64,000 nt of DNA from Gammaproteobacteria bacterium (GTDB lineage Bacteria; Pseudomonadota; Gammaproteobacteria; GCA-002705445; GCA-002716945). The notes under the pieces are model-generated. The model ran no database searches and had not been told where the DNA came from. It saw only the letters and a list, made by a program, of their open reading frames with translations. The position numbers and the translations under genes are program-made. This document shows positions 29,399 to 39,003 of this stretch, one piece after another. Every line of letters starts with the position of its first letter. Position 1 is the stretch's first letter. The DNA lies in the NCBI GenBank assembly GCA_002716945.1, contig PBCF01000002.1, forward strand, positions 286,481 through 350,480, read 5' to 3'.

Positions 29399-30698
29399 AA
29401 TTAATTTACAAAAACTGTTATCTAATGCAAAAAAGATCATTCCTGGAGGAAATCAACTAATATCTAAAAGAAGCGAAATGTTCTTACCTGGATTATGGCC
29501 TAATTTTTATAAAAAAGCTAAAGGATGTTCGATTTGGGATTTAAATAATAATCATTACTATGATTTTTGTGGTATGGGAGTTACAAGTTGTGTTTTAGGT
29601 TATTCAGATAATGAAATTAATCAACAAATAGTCAAAGCTATAAAAAATGGTTCTATGTCCACATTAAACTCTTACGAAGAATATGAATTAGCTAAAAAAC
29701 TAATTAATATTCATCCATGGAGTTCGATGGTTAAATTTACTAGATCTGGAGGTGAAGCATGTTCAGTAGCAATACGAATTGCTAGAGCATATTCCGGAAA
29801 AGATAAAATTGCTATTTGTGGCTATCACGGTTGGCATGATTGGTATTTATCTTTAAATCTGAAAAATAAAAATAATTTAGATAAACAACTACTACCAGGT
29901 TTGAAAACTATTGGAGTTCCAAAGTCTTTGTCAAAAACAACAGTTCCATTTTCTTTTAATGATAAAAAATCATTTGACAAGATAATTAATAAAAAGATAG
30001 GTGTAATTATAATGGAACCTATGAGAGACAAATTACCAGATTTAGATTTTTTAAGACATGTTCGCTCAACAGCTAAAAAGATAAATGCAGTACTTATATT
30101 TGATGAAATAACATCAGGATTCCATGATAATTATGGTGGCATTCATTTAAAATTTGGAATTAATCCAGATATTGTAATTTTTGGCAAAGCATTAGGTAAT
30201 GGGCATCCTATATCAGCAATTGTCGGTAAAAAAAACATAATGAATAGATCCCAAGATACATTTATTAGTTCTACAATGTGGACAGAAAGAGTTGGCTTTG
30301 TTGCTGGTATTGCAACATTAAATAAAATGAAAAAAATTAATGTTCAAATAAAAAATATAAATAAAGGTAATTATTTAAGAATGAAATTATATAAAGTAGC
30401 AAAAAAATATAATATTAATATATCAATTTGCGGACTTGAATCGATACCAATATTGAAGTTTTTACATAAAGATTCAGATAGATTAATGACATATTATACC
30501 CAAGAAATGTTAAAAGTAGGTTACTTAGCTGGATCACAAATAGTTATGTCTTCATCACATACACAATCTATAATTAATCAATATATTAAAGCTGCAGATG
30601 AAGTATTTAAAAGTATATCCAAATATATAAGCAGTAATAAAAAAGTTCCACTTAAAGGGGCTGTTAAACATAACACTTTTAAGAGATTGACAACGTAA
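29391..30698 (+). CDS. Class III (GSA-aminomutase-like) PLP aminotransferase
   Basis: SGGEA, YHGWHDW, FDEITSGF, FGKALGNG, ISST. Confidence 0.88.
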   Translation: MNKINLQKLLSNAKKIIPGGNQLISKRSEMFLPGLWPNFYKKAKGCSIWDLNNNHYYDFCGMGVTSCVLGYSDNEINQQIVKAIKNGSMSTLNSYEEYELAKKLINIHPWSSMVKFTRSGGEACSVAIRIARAYSGKDKIAICGYHGWHDWYLSLNLKNKNNLDKQLLPGLKTIGVPKSLSKTTVPFSFNDKKSFDKIINKKIGVIIMEPMRDKLPDLDFLRHVRSTAKKINAVLIFDEITSGFHDNYGGIHLKFGINPDIVIFGKALGNGHPISAIVGKKNIMNRSQDTFISSTMWTERVGFVAGIATLNKMKKINVQIKNINKGNYLRMKLYKVAKKYNINISICGLESIPILKFLHKDSDRLMTYYTQEMLKVGYLAGSQIVMSSSHTQSIINQYIKAADEVFKSISKYISSNKKVPLKGAVKHNTFKRLTT

Positions 30699-30737
30699 TT
30701 GTTTGTATATACTATATTTTACTATCAATAATTTAAA

Positions 30738-31781
30738 ATGACACAAGATATTAATTTAACAAATTTTATTAATACACTTAAAGAAAAAAAAAGAGTTGCA
30801 CAAATTATTGTCGTAGCATCTTTAGTTCTTTCTATAATTTATTCACTAACAGCTCAAAAATTATATAAGTCTAGTATATACGTTATACCCCCACAATCTA
30901 AATATGTAAATATGCTTAACGTATTCGATGATGATGGCAAATTACTTATAAACAGAGAAATTCGAGTAAAAGATGTTTATAAAGTATTTGTATTAAATGC
31001 ACAATCACGAAAACATCAAAGAAACTTTTTTTTTAAAAATGAATTGTATAAACATTTTAGTGAATCTAATCAAGAAATATCATTTGAAGAAAATTTTCAC
31101 AAAAAATTAAAGTTTGTTATAGACTCTGGTGTTATGTCAAGAGAAATCAGAGATGAACAGTTCTTAACAATTTCTTTTATACATACAGACCCTAAAATAG
31201 CAGCAAAGTGGTTAAATGAATATGTAGATATGTCAAATAAATTAACTTCAAAAGAATTGGCTGATAGTATTAATGAGTTAATTCAAAACACTAAAAATCA
31301 ACTAGTTGGACAAGCTTTGAGTAAAAGAAATTTAGCTAAAAAAACTATGGAAGACAGAATTATTCAACTAGAAGAAGCATTAAAGATAGCAAATCAATTA
31401 AATATCACAGAAAGATCAAGTGCAAGCTCTAATCAACAAAGTGTAATTTTATCTGATGGAGAGAATTTGGTTGCTGAAGATCCTTTATATTTAATTGGCT
31501 CAAAAGCACTTATGGTTGAAATTGATGCAATAAAGAATAGAAAATCTGCAGAATCTTTTATACCAGGATTAAGAAGAATTGAACAAAGAATTCAATCGCT
31601 TGATTCTATTATTGTAGATGGAAATTTAATAAAATCAGCTGAAATTGATCAGAAAGCTATAGCACCATCAAATAGATTTGCGCCTAAAAGAAAACTGATT
31701 GTTTTGTTGGGTACTAGTTTCGGTGTTTTCTTAGCATTCATATATCTTTTAATTTCAGCTTTTATATCAAGAAAAATATAA
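30738..31781 (+). CDS. wzz: Chain-length determinant Wzz
   Basis: N-terminal TM, coiled-coil periplasmic region (RIIQLEEALKIA), PKRKLIVLLG C-terminal TM. Confidence 0.88.
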   Translation: MTQDINLTNFINTLKEKKRVAQIIVVASLVLSIIYSLTAQKLYKSSIYVIPPQSKYVNMLNVFDDDGKLLINREIRVKDVYKVFVLNAQSRKHQRNFFFKNELYKHFSESNQEISFEENFHKKLKFVIDSGVMSREIRDEQFLTISFIHTDPKIAAKWLNEYVDMSNKLTSKELADSINELIQNTKNQLVGQALSKRNLAKKTMEDRIIQLEEALKIANQLNITERSSASSNQQSVILSDGENLVAEDPLYLIGSKALMVEIDAIKNRKSAESFIPGLRRIEQRIQSLDSIIVDGNLIKSAEIDQKAIAPSNRFAPKRKLIVLLGTSFGVFLAFIYLLISAFISRKI

Positions 31782-31826
31782 TTCTTTCATTTTTATCATA
31801 TCTGAAATTTATTCATTAATTAATAA

Positions 31827-33623
31827 ATGAATTACAAAAATATTCATATAAATAGAATTTTTAAAATTCTAGATAATAAAGATCAAATATATTTAATATT
31901 TATTTTTGTTCTAGCATTTTTATCAGGACTATTAGAAATAGCAGGTATTGCGTCTATAATCCCTTTCATAGGTATAATTTCAGATCCTCAATATCTTGAT
32001 AATAAAGAATATTTAACAAATATTACAAACTACCTAGGCTATGATTATAATGATGCAAGAATATTTTTTGGTGTGCTGAGTATCGTATTATTTATTTCAA
32101 TAAACCTATACAATATATTTTATAATTGGAAAACAGTTATGTTTACTGCATATTTAGAATCCAAGATGTCTGCAATTGTATTAAAGAAATATCTTGATCA
32201 ATCTTATAGCTTTTTTGTTAATTCTAATCCATCAGTATTAATGAAAAATGTATTAGATGAATCTTCACAGCTCTGTACTGGCTTTATATATCCATATATT
32301 GAGATCATTGCTAGAATAATGATATTAACACTAATTTCAATACTACTTATTAATGTAAATTATAAATTATTCATTGGGTCAACATTATTAATCTCAATTA
32401 TTTATTTATTAATTTATAGATTTTTAAAGAATACAATGAGCGATTATGGTAAAAAGAAAATAATTCTAAATAGTTTAAGGTTTAAAACAGTAAAAGAAGT
32501 TTTTGATAATTTAAAAGATGTAAAATTTTATTCTATTGAAGACTATTATACTAAAATGTTTTCAAAATCAGCTAGTGATTTTTCTCTTAATGCAGGACGT
32601 GCAGCTATTTATCAAACAATACCCAGGTATATTATAGAAATAATTCTATTTGGTGGTATTTTCTTATCAATTATTTATTTACTATCTACTAATAGTACTT
32701 TGGTTTCATATTTACCTACCATCAGCGTCTTTATATTAGCAGCATATAGATCAATCCCTATGTTACAAAACATATTTGTTAATCTTACTAACGTAAAACT
32801 CAATTATCCAGTTTTAAAAATTGTAGAAGATGCAATCAATCTTGATCAGAAAAAACCAATAATTAATAAAACTATGCCTTTATTACAGGACTCTATAAGA
32901 TTTGAGAATATTACTTTTGGTTATAAGGATAATAATAATATTATTGATTCATTATCTTTTAAAATACAAAAAGGTGAAATGACTTCAATTATAGGTACTA
33001 CCGGAATTGGTAAAACTACTTTGATTGATATTTTTTTAGGATTTTATAATCAAAAAAATGGGTACATTAAGATTGATGATAACATTGTAACAGATGAAAA
33101 TAGAGCAAATATGCTTAAATCTATAGGTTATGTATCACAAACAACATCTTTGCAACAAAAGAGTATAGTTGAAAATATTGCTGTAGGAATTGATGCTAAA
33201 TACATTGACTATGATCGCATTAAAAAAGTATCAAGAATAGTTGAATTAGATGAACTCATAAAACAGTTAGATGATAGTTATGAAACTGATATTGGAGAAA
33301 AAGGAGTAAAAATTAGTGGCGGTCAAAGACAGAAAATTGGAATAGCACGAGCACTTTATTTACAACCTTCAATTCTTATATTAGATGAATCAACCAACGC
33401 TCTTGATACAGTTAGTGAAAGTAGAATTATTAAAAATATTAAAAAATTTAATAAAGATATAACAATTATTATGATTACACATAGGATATCTGCATTAAAA
33501 TTATCTGATACAATACTTATGCTAAAAAATAATAAAATGTTTAATTTAAAACTCTCTAATAAGAAAAATTTAAATAAAATTGATAGAATTATTAATGACT
33601 ATGACGAGAGAAATAAATGTTAA
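31827..33623 (+). CDS. ABC transporter TMD-NBD fusion (PglK/Wzk-like glycan flippase)
   Basis: TM domain, then Walker A GTTGIGKT, signature ISGGQRQ, Walker B ILDEST, THR. Confidence 0.85.
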   Translation: MNYKNIHINRIFKILDNKDQIYLIFIFVLAFLSGLLEIAGIASIIPFIGIISDPQYLDNKEYLTNITNYLGYDYNDARIFFGVLSIVLFISINLYNIFYNWKTVMFTAYLESKMSAIVLKKYLDQSYSFFVNSNPSVLMKNVLDESSQLCTGFIYPYIEIIARIMILTLISILLINVNYKLFIGSTLLISIIYLLIYRFLKNTMSDYGKKKIILNSLRFKTVKEVFDNLKDVKFYSIEDYYTKMFSKSASDFSLNAGRAAIYQTIPRYIIEIILFGGIFLSIIYLLSTNSTLVSYLPTISVFILAAYRSIPMLQNIFVNLTNVKLNYPVLKIVEDAINLDQKKPIINKTMPLLQDSIRFENITFGYKDNNNIIDSLSFKIQKGEMTSIIGTTGIGKTTLIDIFLGFYNQKNGYIKIDDNIVTDENRANMLKSIGYVSQTTSLQQKSIVENIAVGIDAKYIDYDRIKKVSRIVELDELIKQLDDSYETDIGEKGVKISGGQRQKIGIARALYLQPSILILDESTNALDTVSESRIIKNIKKFNKDITIIMITHRISALKLSDTILMLKNNKMFNLKLSNKKNLNKIDRIINDYDERNKC

Positions 33624-34630
33624 CTAAAAATCTAAAAAATAAAAATATTTTAATAACTGGCGCCGATGGTTTTATTGGATCACACTTAACTGAAGCATTA
33701 TTTAAATTTAATTGTAATCTTAGAGTTATGACAATGTACAACTCATTTAATACATGGGGTTGGTTAGATACAATCGATAAGAAAGTTTTAAAAAATATAG
33801 AAGTTATATCTGGAGATATACGAGATAAAAAGTTTGTTAATAATGCATGTAAAAATATTGATTATATTTTTCATTTAGCATCATTAATCGCAATTCCACA
33901 TTCATATAATTCACCATATGCATATTTAGAAACTAATGCATTAGGAACACTAAATTTAGTTGAATCAAGTTTAGAAAATAATATTAAAAAAATAATACAC
34001 ACATCAACAAGTGAAGTATATGGAGAGTCATCTAAAATTCCAATAAATGAGTCAGAATTAATCAAAGCGAAATCTCCTTATTCAGCAATGAAAATAGCTG
34101 CTGATCAAATAGCCTATTCTTATTTTAGTACTTATAATTTACCTGTAACTATTCTTCGCCCATTCAATACATTTGGCCCTAGACAATCATGTAGAGCTAT
34201 AATACCTACAATAATTACACAATTATTAAATACAAAAAATAAAATTAAATTAGGATCATTATATCCTACAAGAGATTTTTTATATGTAACTGACACAGTA
34301 GACGGATTTATCAAAAGTTTGTTATCAGAAAAAAATATAGGTGAAATTATTAATATTGGCTCAGGATATGAAATTTCTATTGGTAATTTAGTACAAATGA
34401 TTCAAAAGATTATGAAAACTAAATTTTTAGTTACCACTGATAAGGATAGAATTCGACCTAAACCTGGAGAAGTGTTTAGATTAAAAGCAGATATTAAGAA
34501 AGCTAAAAAACTATTAAACTGGAAACCAAAATACACAGGGAAAGATGGTCTCCAAAAATCATTGTTAATTACTATTAAATGGTTTAAAGATAACAAACAT
34601 TTATATAAGGATGATTTATATAATCAATAG
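33617..34630 (+). CDS. NDP-GlcNAc 4,6-dehydratase (LegB-like)
   Basis: TGADGFIGSHL, YNSFNTWGWLD, LIAIPHSY, STSEVYG, YSAMK, RPFNTFGPRQS. Confidence 0.88.
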   Translation: MLTKNLKNKNILITGADGFIGSHLTEALFKFNCNLRVMTMYNSFNTWGWLDTIDKKVLKNIEVISGDIRDKKFVNNACKNIDYIFHLASLIAIPHSYNSPYAYLETNALGTLNLVESSLENNIKKIIHTSTSEVYGESSKIPINESELIKAKSPYSAMKIAADQIAYSYFSTYNLPVTILRPFNTFGPRQSCRAIIPTIITQLLNTKNKIKLGSLYPTRDFLYVTDTVDGFIKSLLSEKNIGEIINIGSGYEISIGNLVQMIQKIMKTKFLVTTDKDRIRPKPGEVFRLKADIKKAKKLLNWKPKYTGKDGLQKSLLITIKWFKDNKHLYKDDLYNQ

Positions 34631-34635
34631 GAAGT

Positions 34636-35682
34636 ATGTTACATCAAAACAATAAAATTACAATTCAACCAAAATTTGATTACAAATTATTATTTAAAAA
34701 TTTTTTAAAATATAATAAATATTTATCTAAAAAATATCTTTTTTCCTCAGGAAGAATGTCATTGTATTATGGAATTAGTAGTTTGCAAAAACGTCTAAAT
34801 ATAAAAAAGGTATTATTACCGAGTTTAATTTGCGAAGAAATAATACCTGTATTCAAAATGTTAGGAATTGAAATTATATATTATCAACTTAATGAAAATC
34901 TTGAAATTGATTATAATTATATTGAAAAATGTGTAAAAGAAGATAATTATTTTGTATTTATTATTAATTATTTTGGATATCCATCAAATTGGAAGAAAAT
35001 TTTAGAATTAAAGAGTAAATATGGTTTTATGATAATTGAAGATAATGCACATTCTTTATATGGAAAATATAATGAAAAGAAACTTGGACTATTTGGCGAT
35101 ATATCATTTACAAGTTTTAGAAAAATTCTACCATTATTAACTGGATCTGAACTTAAAATTAATATAAAACATGAACGAATAGTATTAAATAAATTAACTA
35201 AATTTCCATCAAAAGATGAATTTATTTACTTATTTCGAAATTTTAAACCATCATTTTTAAACCCTAATATCAAAAAAAATAACTATACCGATAAAATAGA
35301 TATTGAAAAGTGTCAAATGGATTATTTATCATATAAAATCTACACTAACAATATTTTTGATGAGTTGTATATTGAATCAATAAGATATAAAAATTTTTTA
35401 TACTGGAAAAACTTTTTAATTAATTCAGATCTTAAGTATTTTAATTTTATAAAAAATAAATTTTGTCCATATGTTTTTCCATGTATTGCTCCAACTCAAC
35501 AAGAGAAAGAATATTGGATTAATTGGGGAACTAAAAATAATATTAGTATAATAAATTGGCCAAAACTACCAAACTCTGAAAATTATTACATTGATAATAA
35601 TCAATTAAAAAATATCATATTTTTCCCAGTTAATCATCATAATGATATTTCATTAAACGCTAATTACTATGCTTATAATTAA
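34636..35682 (+). CDS. Divergent DegT/DnrJ-like PLP-dependent protein
   Basis: SGRMSL, INYFG, IEDNAHS, FTSFRKIL. Confidence 0.7.
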   Translation: MLHQNNKITIQPKFDYKLLFKNFLKYNKYLSKKYLFSSGRMSLYYGISSLQKRLNIKKVLLPSLICEEIIPVFKMLGIEIIYYQLNENLEIDYNYIEKCVKEDNYFVFIINYFGYPSNWKKILELKSKYGFMIIEDNAHSLYGKYNEKKLGLFGDISFTSFRKILPLLTGSELKINIKHERIVLNKLTKFPSKDEFIYLFRNFKPSFLNPNIKKNNYTDKIDIEKCQMDYLSYKIYTNNIFDELYIESIRYKNFLYWKNFLINSDLKYFNFIKNKFCPYVFPCIAPTQQEKEYWINWGTKNNISIINWPKLPNSENYYIDNNQLKNIIFFPVNHHNDISLNANYYAYN

Positions 35683-37009
35683 GAATTACCAGATAAATTA
35701 TTTAAATTATTTAATAATAACCATCTTTTTTATAACATTTGGTATTCTATTTAAAAGCATTGGTTTGAAAATTCCATTTGTATTGTTACAATTTGGATTA
35801 CTTGTTATTGCACTCTTATATTCTATTGTTTGTTTGTCATGCACAAAGATAGAAAACAATAATGTCTTAATATTTTATCTTTTTATTTTATACATATTTA
35901 TTTATAACTTTTTATATGTATTTATCCGTTATAACGAAGTTGACAGTTCATTTTTTGATGTTTTATATTATGCTTTGAGTGAATTTAGACTTTCAACAAT
36001 AGGTTATTTTTTTCCATTAATATTTATACCACTTATTAATCATAATCTTGAAAAACTAGAGAATTCATTATTTATTATTATTAAAATAATTGTAATTTAT
36101 ACATTATTAGAACAATTTATATCTTTGATTGGTTTTAGAAGTTTTTTTGAAAGTTTTTATATGAATGCCGGTATTATTCATAGTAATCAAATTGGAATGA
36201 AAAGTGGATTGGGATTATATAGAATTTGGGGATTAATTGGAACTCCATCACTCTTAGGGCTTTTTCATGTAATTACTTTATCTTATTTTTTATACAAAAA
36301 AGATAGTACATGGGTACTATTAAGTATTCTTGCAGTAATCATGAGTACATCAAGAAGTGCATACCTGGCGTTATTAATTGTATTTTTTCTATATCTACTT
36401 ATAAATCGTAAATATTTTATGCTTACAGTTATATTTGTTTCGTTATCATTATTATTATTTTCAATGTTTGAATATGTTCATTATTTAGAAGATAAGAATT
36501 CAATGGAACATATAGGATTACAAAAATTTATTTGGGGTATTGAAGGATATTTTTTACTATTATTTAAAGAGATAGATTATATAGGTACAGATGCTTCAAT
36601 TTATGTAGAATTACAACGTGGTGATCTGATAATGCTTATAGATTATTTTTCAAACAATCCAATGGAAATTCTTTTTGGTAAAGGAATAACATATATGTTT
36701 ATTCATTCAAATATTCTAAATTTAACACCTTTTTCACAACACGTTCCCATTGGTGGAGATTATTATATTTTGACTTTTTTTGAACAATACGGAATAGTTG
36801 GATTGATATTATTAATATCTACTTATATTATTTTTCCTTTCATTAATCTGATAAAAAGCAAAAATTATCTAAATTTTATTCCTATTATGTTTTTTGTTAG
36901 TTTGATGCATTATCCACCCCAACATGTTAAAATCTTAATGATATTTGTTGGATATGCTGTTTGGAAAATATATTTTTTAAAGAATGATCAAGATAAAGAA
37001 TATACATAA
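35669..37009 (+). CDS. Putative O-antigen polymerase Wzy
   Basis: Multi-pass membrane protein with R..GLIGTP, STSRSA, LFGKG, EQYGIVG; same locus as wzz. Confidence 0.62.
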   Translation: MLIIKNYQINYLNYLIITIFFITFGILFKSIGLKIPFVLLQFGLLVIALLYSIVCLSCTKIENNNVLIFYLFILYIFIYNFLYVFIRYNEVDSSFFDVLYYALSEFRLSTIGYFFPLIFIPLINHNLEKLENSLFIIIKIIVIYTLLEQFISLIGFRSFFESFYMNAGIIHSNQIGMKSGLGLYRIWGLIGTPSLLGLFHVITLSYFLYKKDSTWVLLSILAVIMSTSRSAYLALLIVFFLYLLINRKYFMLTVIFVSLSLLLFSMFEYVHYLEDKNSMEHIGLQKFIWGIEGYFLLLFKEIDYIGTDASIYVELQRGDLIMLIDYFSNNPMEILFGKGITYMFIHSNILNLTPFSQHVPIGGDYYILTFFEQYGIVGLILLISTYIIFPFINLIKSKNYLNFIPIMFFVSLMHYPPQHVKILMIFVGYAVWKIYFLKNDQDKEYT

Positions 37010-37062
37010 ATTATTACACTATAGATAATAATAAAATATGATTTAGATAATTAAAGAGACTA

Positions 37063-38994
37063 ATGCAAAATTTTTTAATTCAATTACCTAGAAACTTAAA
37101 AAGATTATTACTTATATCAATCGATGTAATAAGTATATGGATTGCATTCTGGCTTGCATTGATGATTCGTTTAGATGACTTTTTTTGGATTAAAGATGGA
37201 TATACGTTAACTAAGGCATCTCCTGATCAACTATATAATACTTTTTTGATAATTACATCGGTAACAATTCCAATATTAATTTTATTTAGACTGTATAGAT
37301 CAATCACTAGATATATATCTATAGAAACGTATATAAAAATATTGCAAGCAACCTTGATTTCTGTACTAATCTCAACTTTGATTATATATTACATAAATCA
37401 TCCTATACCAAAATCAGCTTTACTATTGTATTTTATTATATTAACAGTATTTATGTTCATTAGTAGATTTATGGCAAAAAGTTATTTATTATCTAGAACA
37501 AAACTTTTTAGAAAGAAAATATTAATATTTGGTCTGGATCAACCATCAATACATCTAGCAAATATTTTGAAAAATGATCATGAAGTTAAACCGGTTGGTT
37601 TTATAAGTAATAACAATATTGATAAAAAAACAACTGTTTCAGAATTACCTGTTTACATGAGTTACGATATTGAAAATATTGTCAAAAAGAAAAACATACA
37701 TGAGATATTAATTATACCAACCGAATCACCAACAGAACTTAGTAATATTATAAATTCATTAGAGTCATGTGAAGCGAAATTAAGAAAAGTTCCTAATATA
37801 AACCTAGTAGCAAAGGGAAATATAAAAATTAATGACTTTAAGAAAATAGATATAGAAGATTTACTGGGAAGAGATTCTGTTAAACCAGATCCGTATTTAT
37901 TAAAATCATGTGTTGAAAAAAAAATTGTCATGATAACAGGAGCAGGTGGATCTATAGGTTCTGAATTATCGCGTCAAATTATAAATCTTAAACCTAAAAA
38001 AATAATTTTAGTAGAGTTATCTGAATTCTTTTTATATGAAATAGATAATGAATTAAATGATATTAATAAAAAAGAAAATATGGATGTTACCATCAAATCT
38101 TATCTTGGCTCTGTAACAGATCAAGATTTTGTACAATCAATTTTTGAATACGATAATATAGATACCGTTTATCATGCCGCTGCGTATAAACATGTTCCAT
38201 TGGTAGAACATAATCCAATTTCAGCAATAAAAACTAATATAATCGGAACCAATATTCTTGCTCAACACGCATATAAAACAAATGTAGAAAACTTTGTTTT
38301 AATATCAAGTGATAAAGCAGTTCGTCCAACGAACATTATGGGTGCTACAAAAAGATTTACTGAAATTATTCTACAAGCTCTTCAAGATGTAGTTGAAGAT
38401 TTACCAACAAAAAAATGTAGGACGAAGTTTTGTATGGTTAGATTTGGTAATGTACTTGATACATCTGGATCGGTGGTACCATTATTTAAAAAACAAATTG
38501 AGAAAGGTGGTCCTGTAACAGTAACAGATGCTAGAGTAATTAGATATTTTATGACAATCAAAGAAGCAGCAGAATTAGTTATACAAGCTGGTTCCTTAAG
38601 CAAAGGCGGAGATGTATTTCTTTTAGAAATGGGTGAACCTGTTAGTATTCTAGAATTAGCAAAAAAGATAATAAAATTATCTGGTCATGAAATAAAAACA
38701 CCTGAAAAACCTGATGTTGGAATAGAGATTGTTTTTACAGGTTTGAGAGCCGGAGAGAAATTATATGAAGAGTTATTAATTGGAGATAATGTTAATAAAA
38801 CAGTACATCCATATATAATGTCTTCAAATGAAGAAAAACTAAGTTATGATGAAATTTTAGAATTTATAACAAAGTTTGATAAGCTCTCATTAATGACTCC
38901 ATTAGATGAAGTACATAAAATATTATATCAATCTGTAAAAGGGTATATACCTTATAAAGATAATGTCGTAGATATAGCTTCTACAAAAAAATAA
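37063..38994 (+). CDS. Membrane-bound UDP-GlcNAc 4,6-dehydratase (WbpM/CapD/PglF)
   Basis: N-terminal TMs, TGAGGSIGSEL, HAAAYKHVP, SDKAVRPTNIMGATK, RFGNVL, GEKLYEEL. Confidence 0.93.
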   Translation: MQNFLIQLPRNLKRLLLISIDVISIWIAFWLALMIRLDDFFWIKDGYTLTKASPDQLYNTFLIITSVTIPILILFRLYRSITRYISIETYIKILQATLISVLISTLIIYYINHPIPKSALLLYFIILTVFMFISRFMAKSYLLSRTKLFRKKILIFGLDQPSIHLANILKNDHEVKPVGFISNNNIDKKTTVSELPVYMSYDIENIVKKKNIHEILIIPTESPTELSNIINSLESCEAKLRKVPNINLVAKGNIKINDFKKIDIEDLLGRDSVKPDPYLLKSCVEKKIVMITGAGGSIGSELSRQIINLKPKKIILVELSEFFLYEIDNELNDINKKENMDVTIKSYLGSVTDQDFVQSIFEYDNIDTVYHAAAYKHVPLVEHNPISAIKTNIIGTNILAQHAYKTNVENFVLISSDKAVRPTNIMGATKRFTEIILQALQDVVEDLPTKKCRTKFCMVRFGNVLDTSGSVVPLFKKQIEKGGPVTVTDARVIRYFMTIKEAAELVIQAGSLSKGGDVFLLEMGEPVSILELAKKIIKLSGHEIKTPEKPDVGIEIVFTGLRAGEKLYEELLIGDNVNKTVHPYIMSSNEEKLSYDEILEFITKFDKLSLMTPLDEVHKILYQSVKGYIPYKDNVVDIASTKK

Positions 38995-39003
38995 AATATA
39001 TTA

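Noticed and set aside
29391-30698. hemL (glutamate-1-semialdehyde aminomutase) call
   Set aside because: The fold matches, but the YHGWHDW variant and the overlap with neuA point to a glycan-pathway enzyme, so no symbol was assigned
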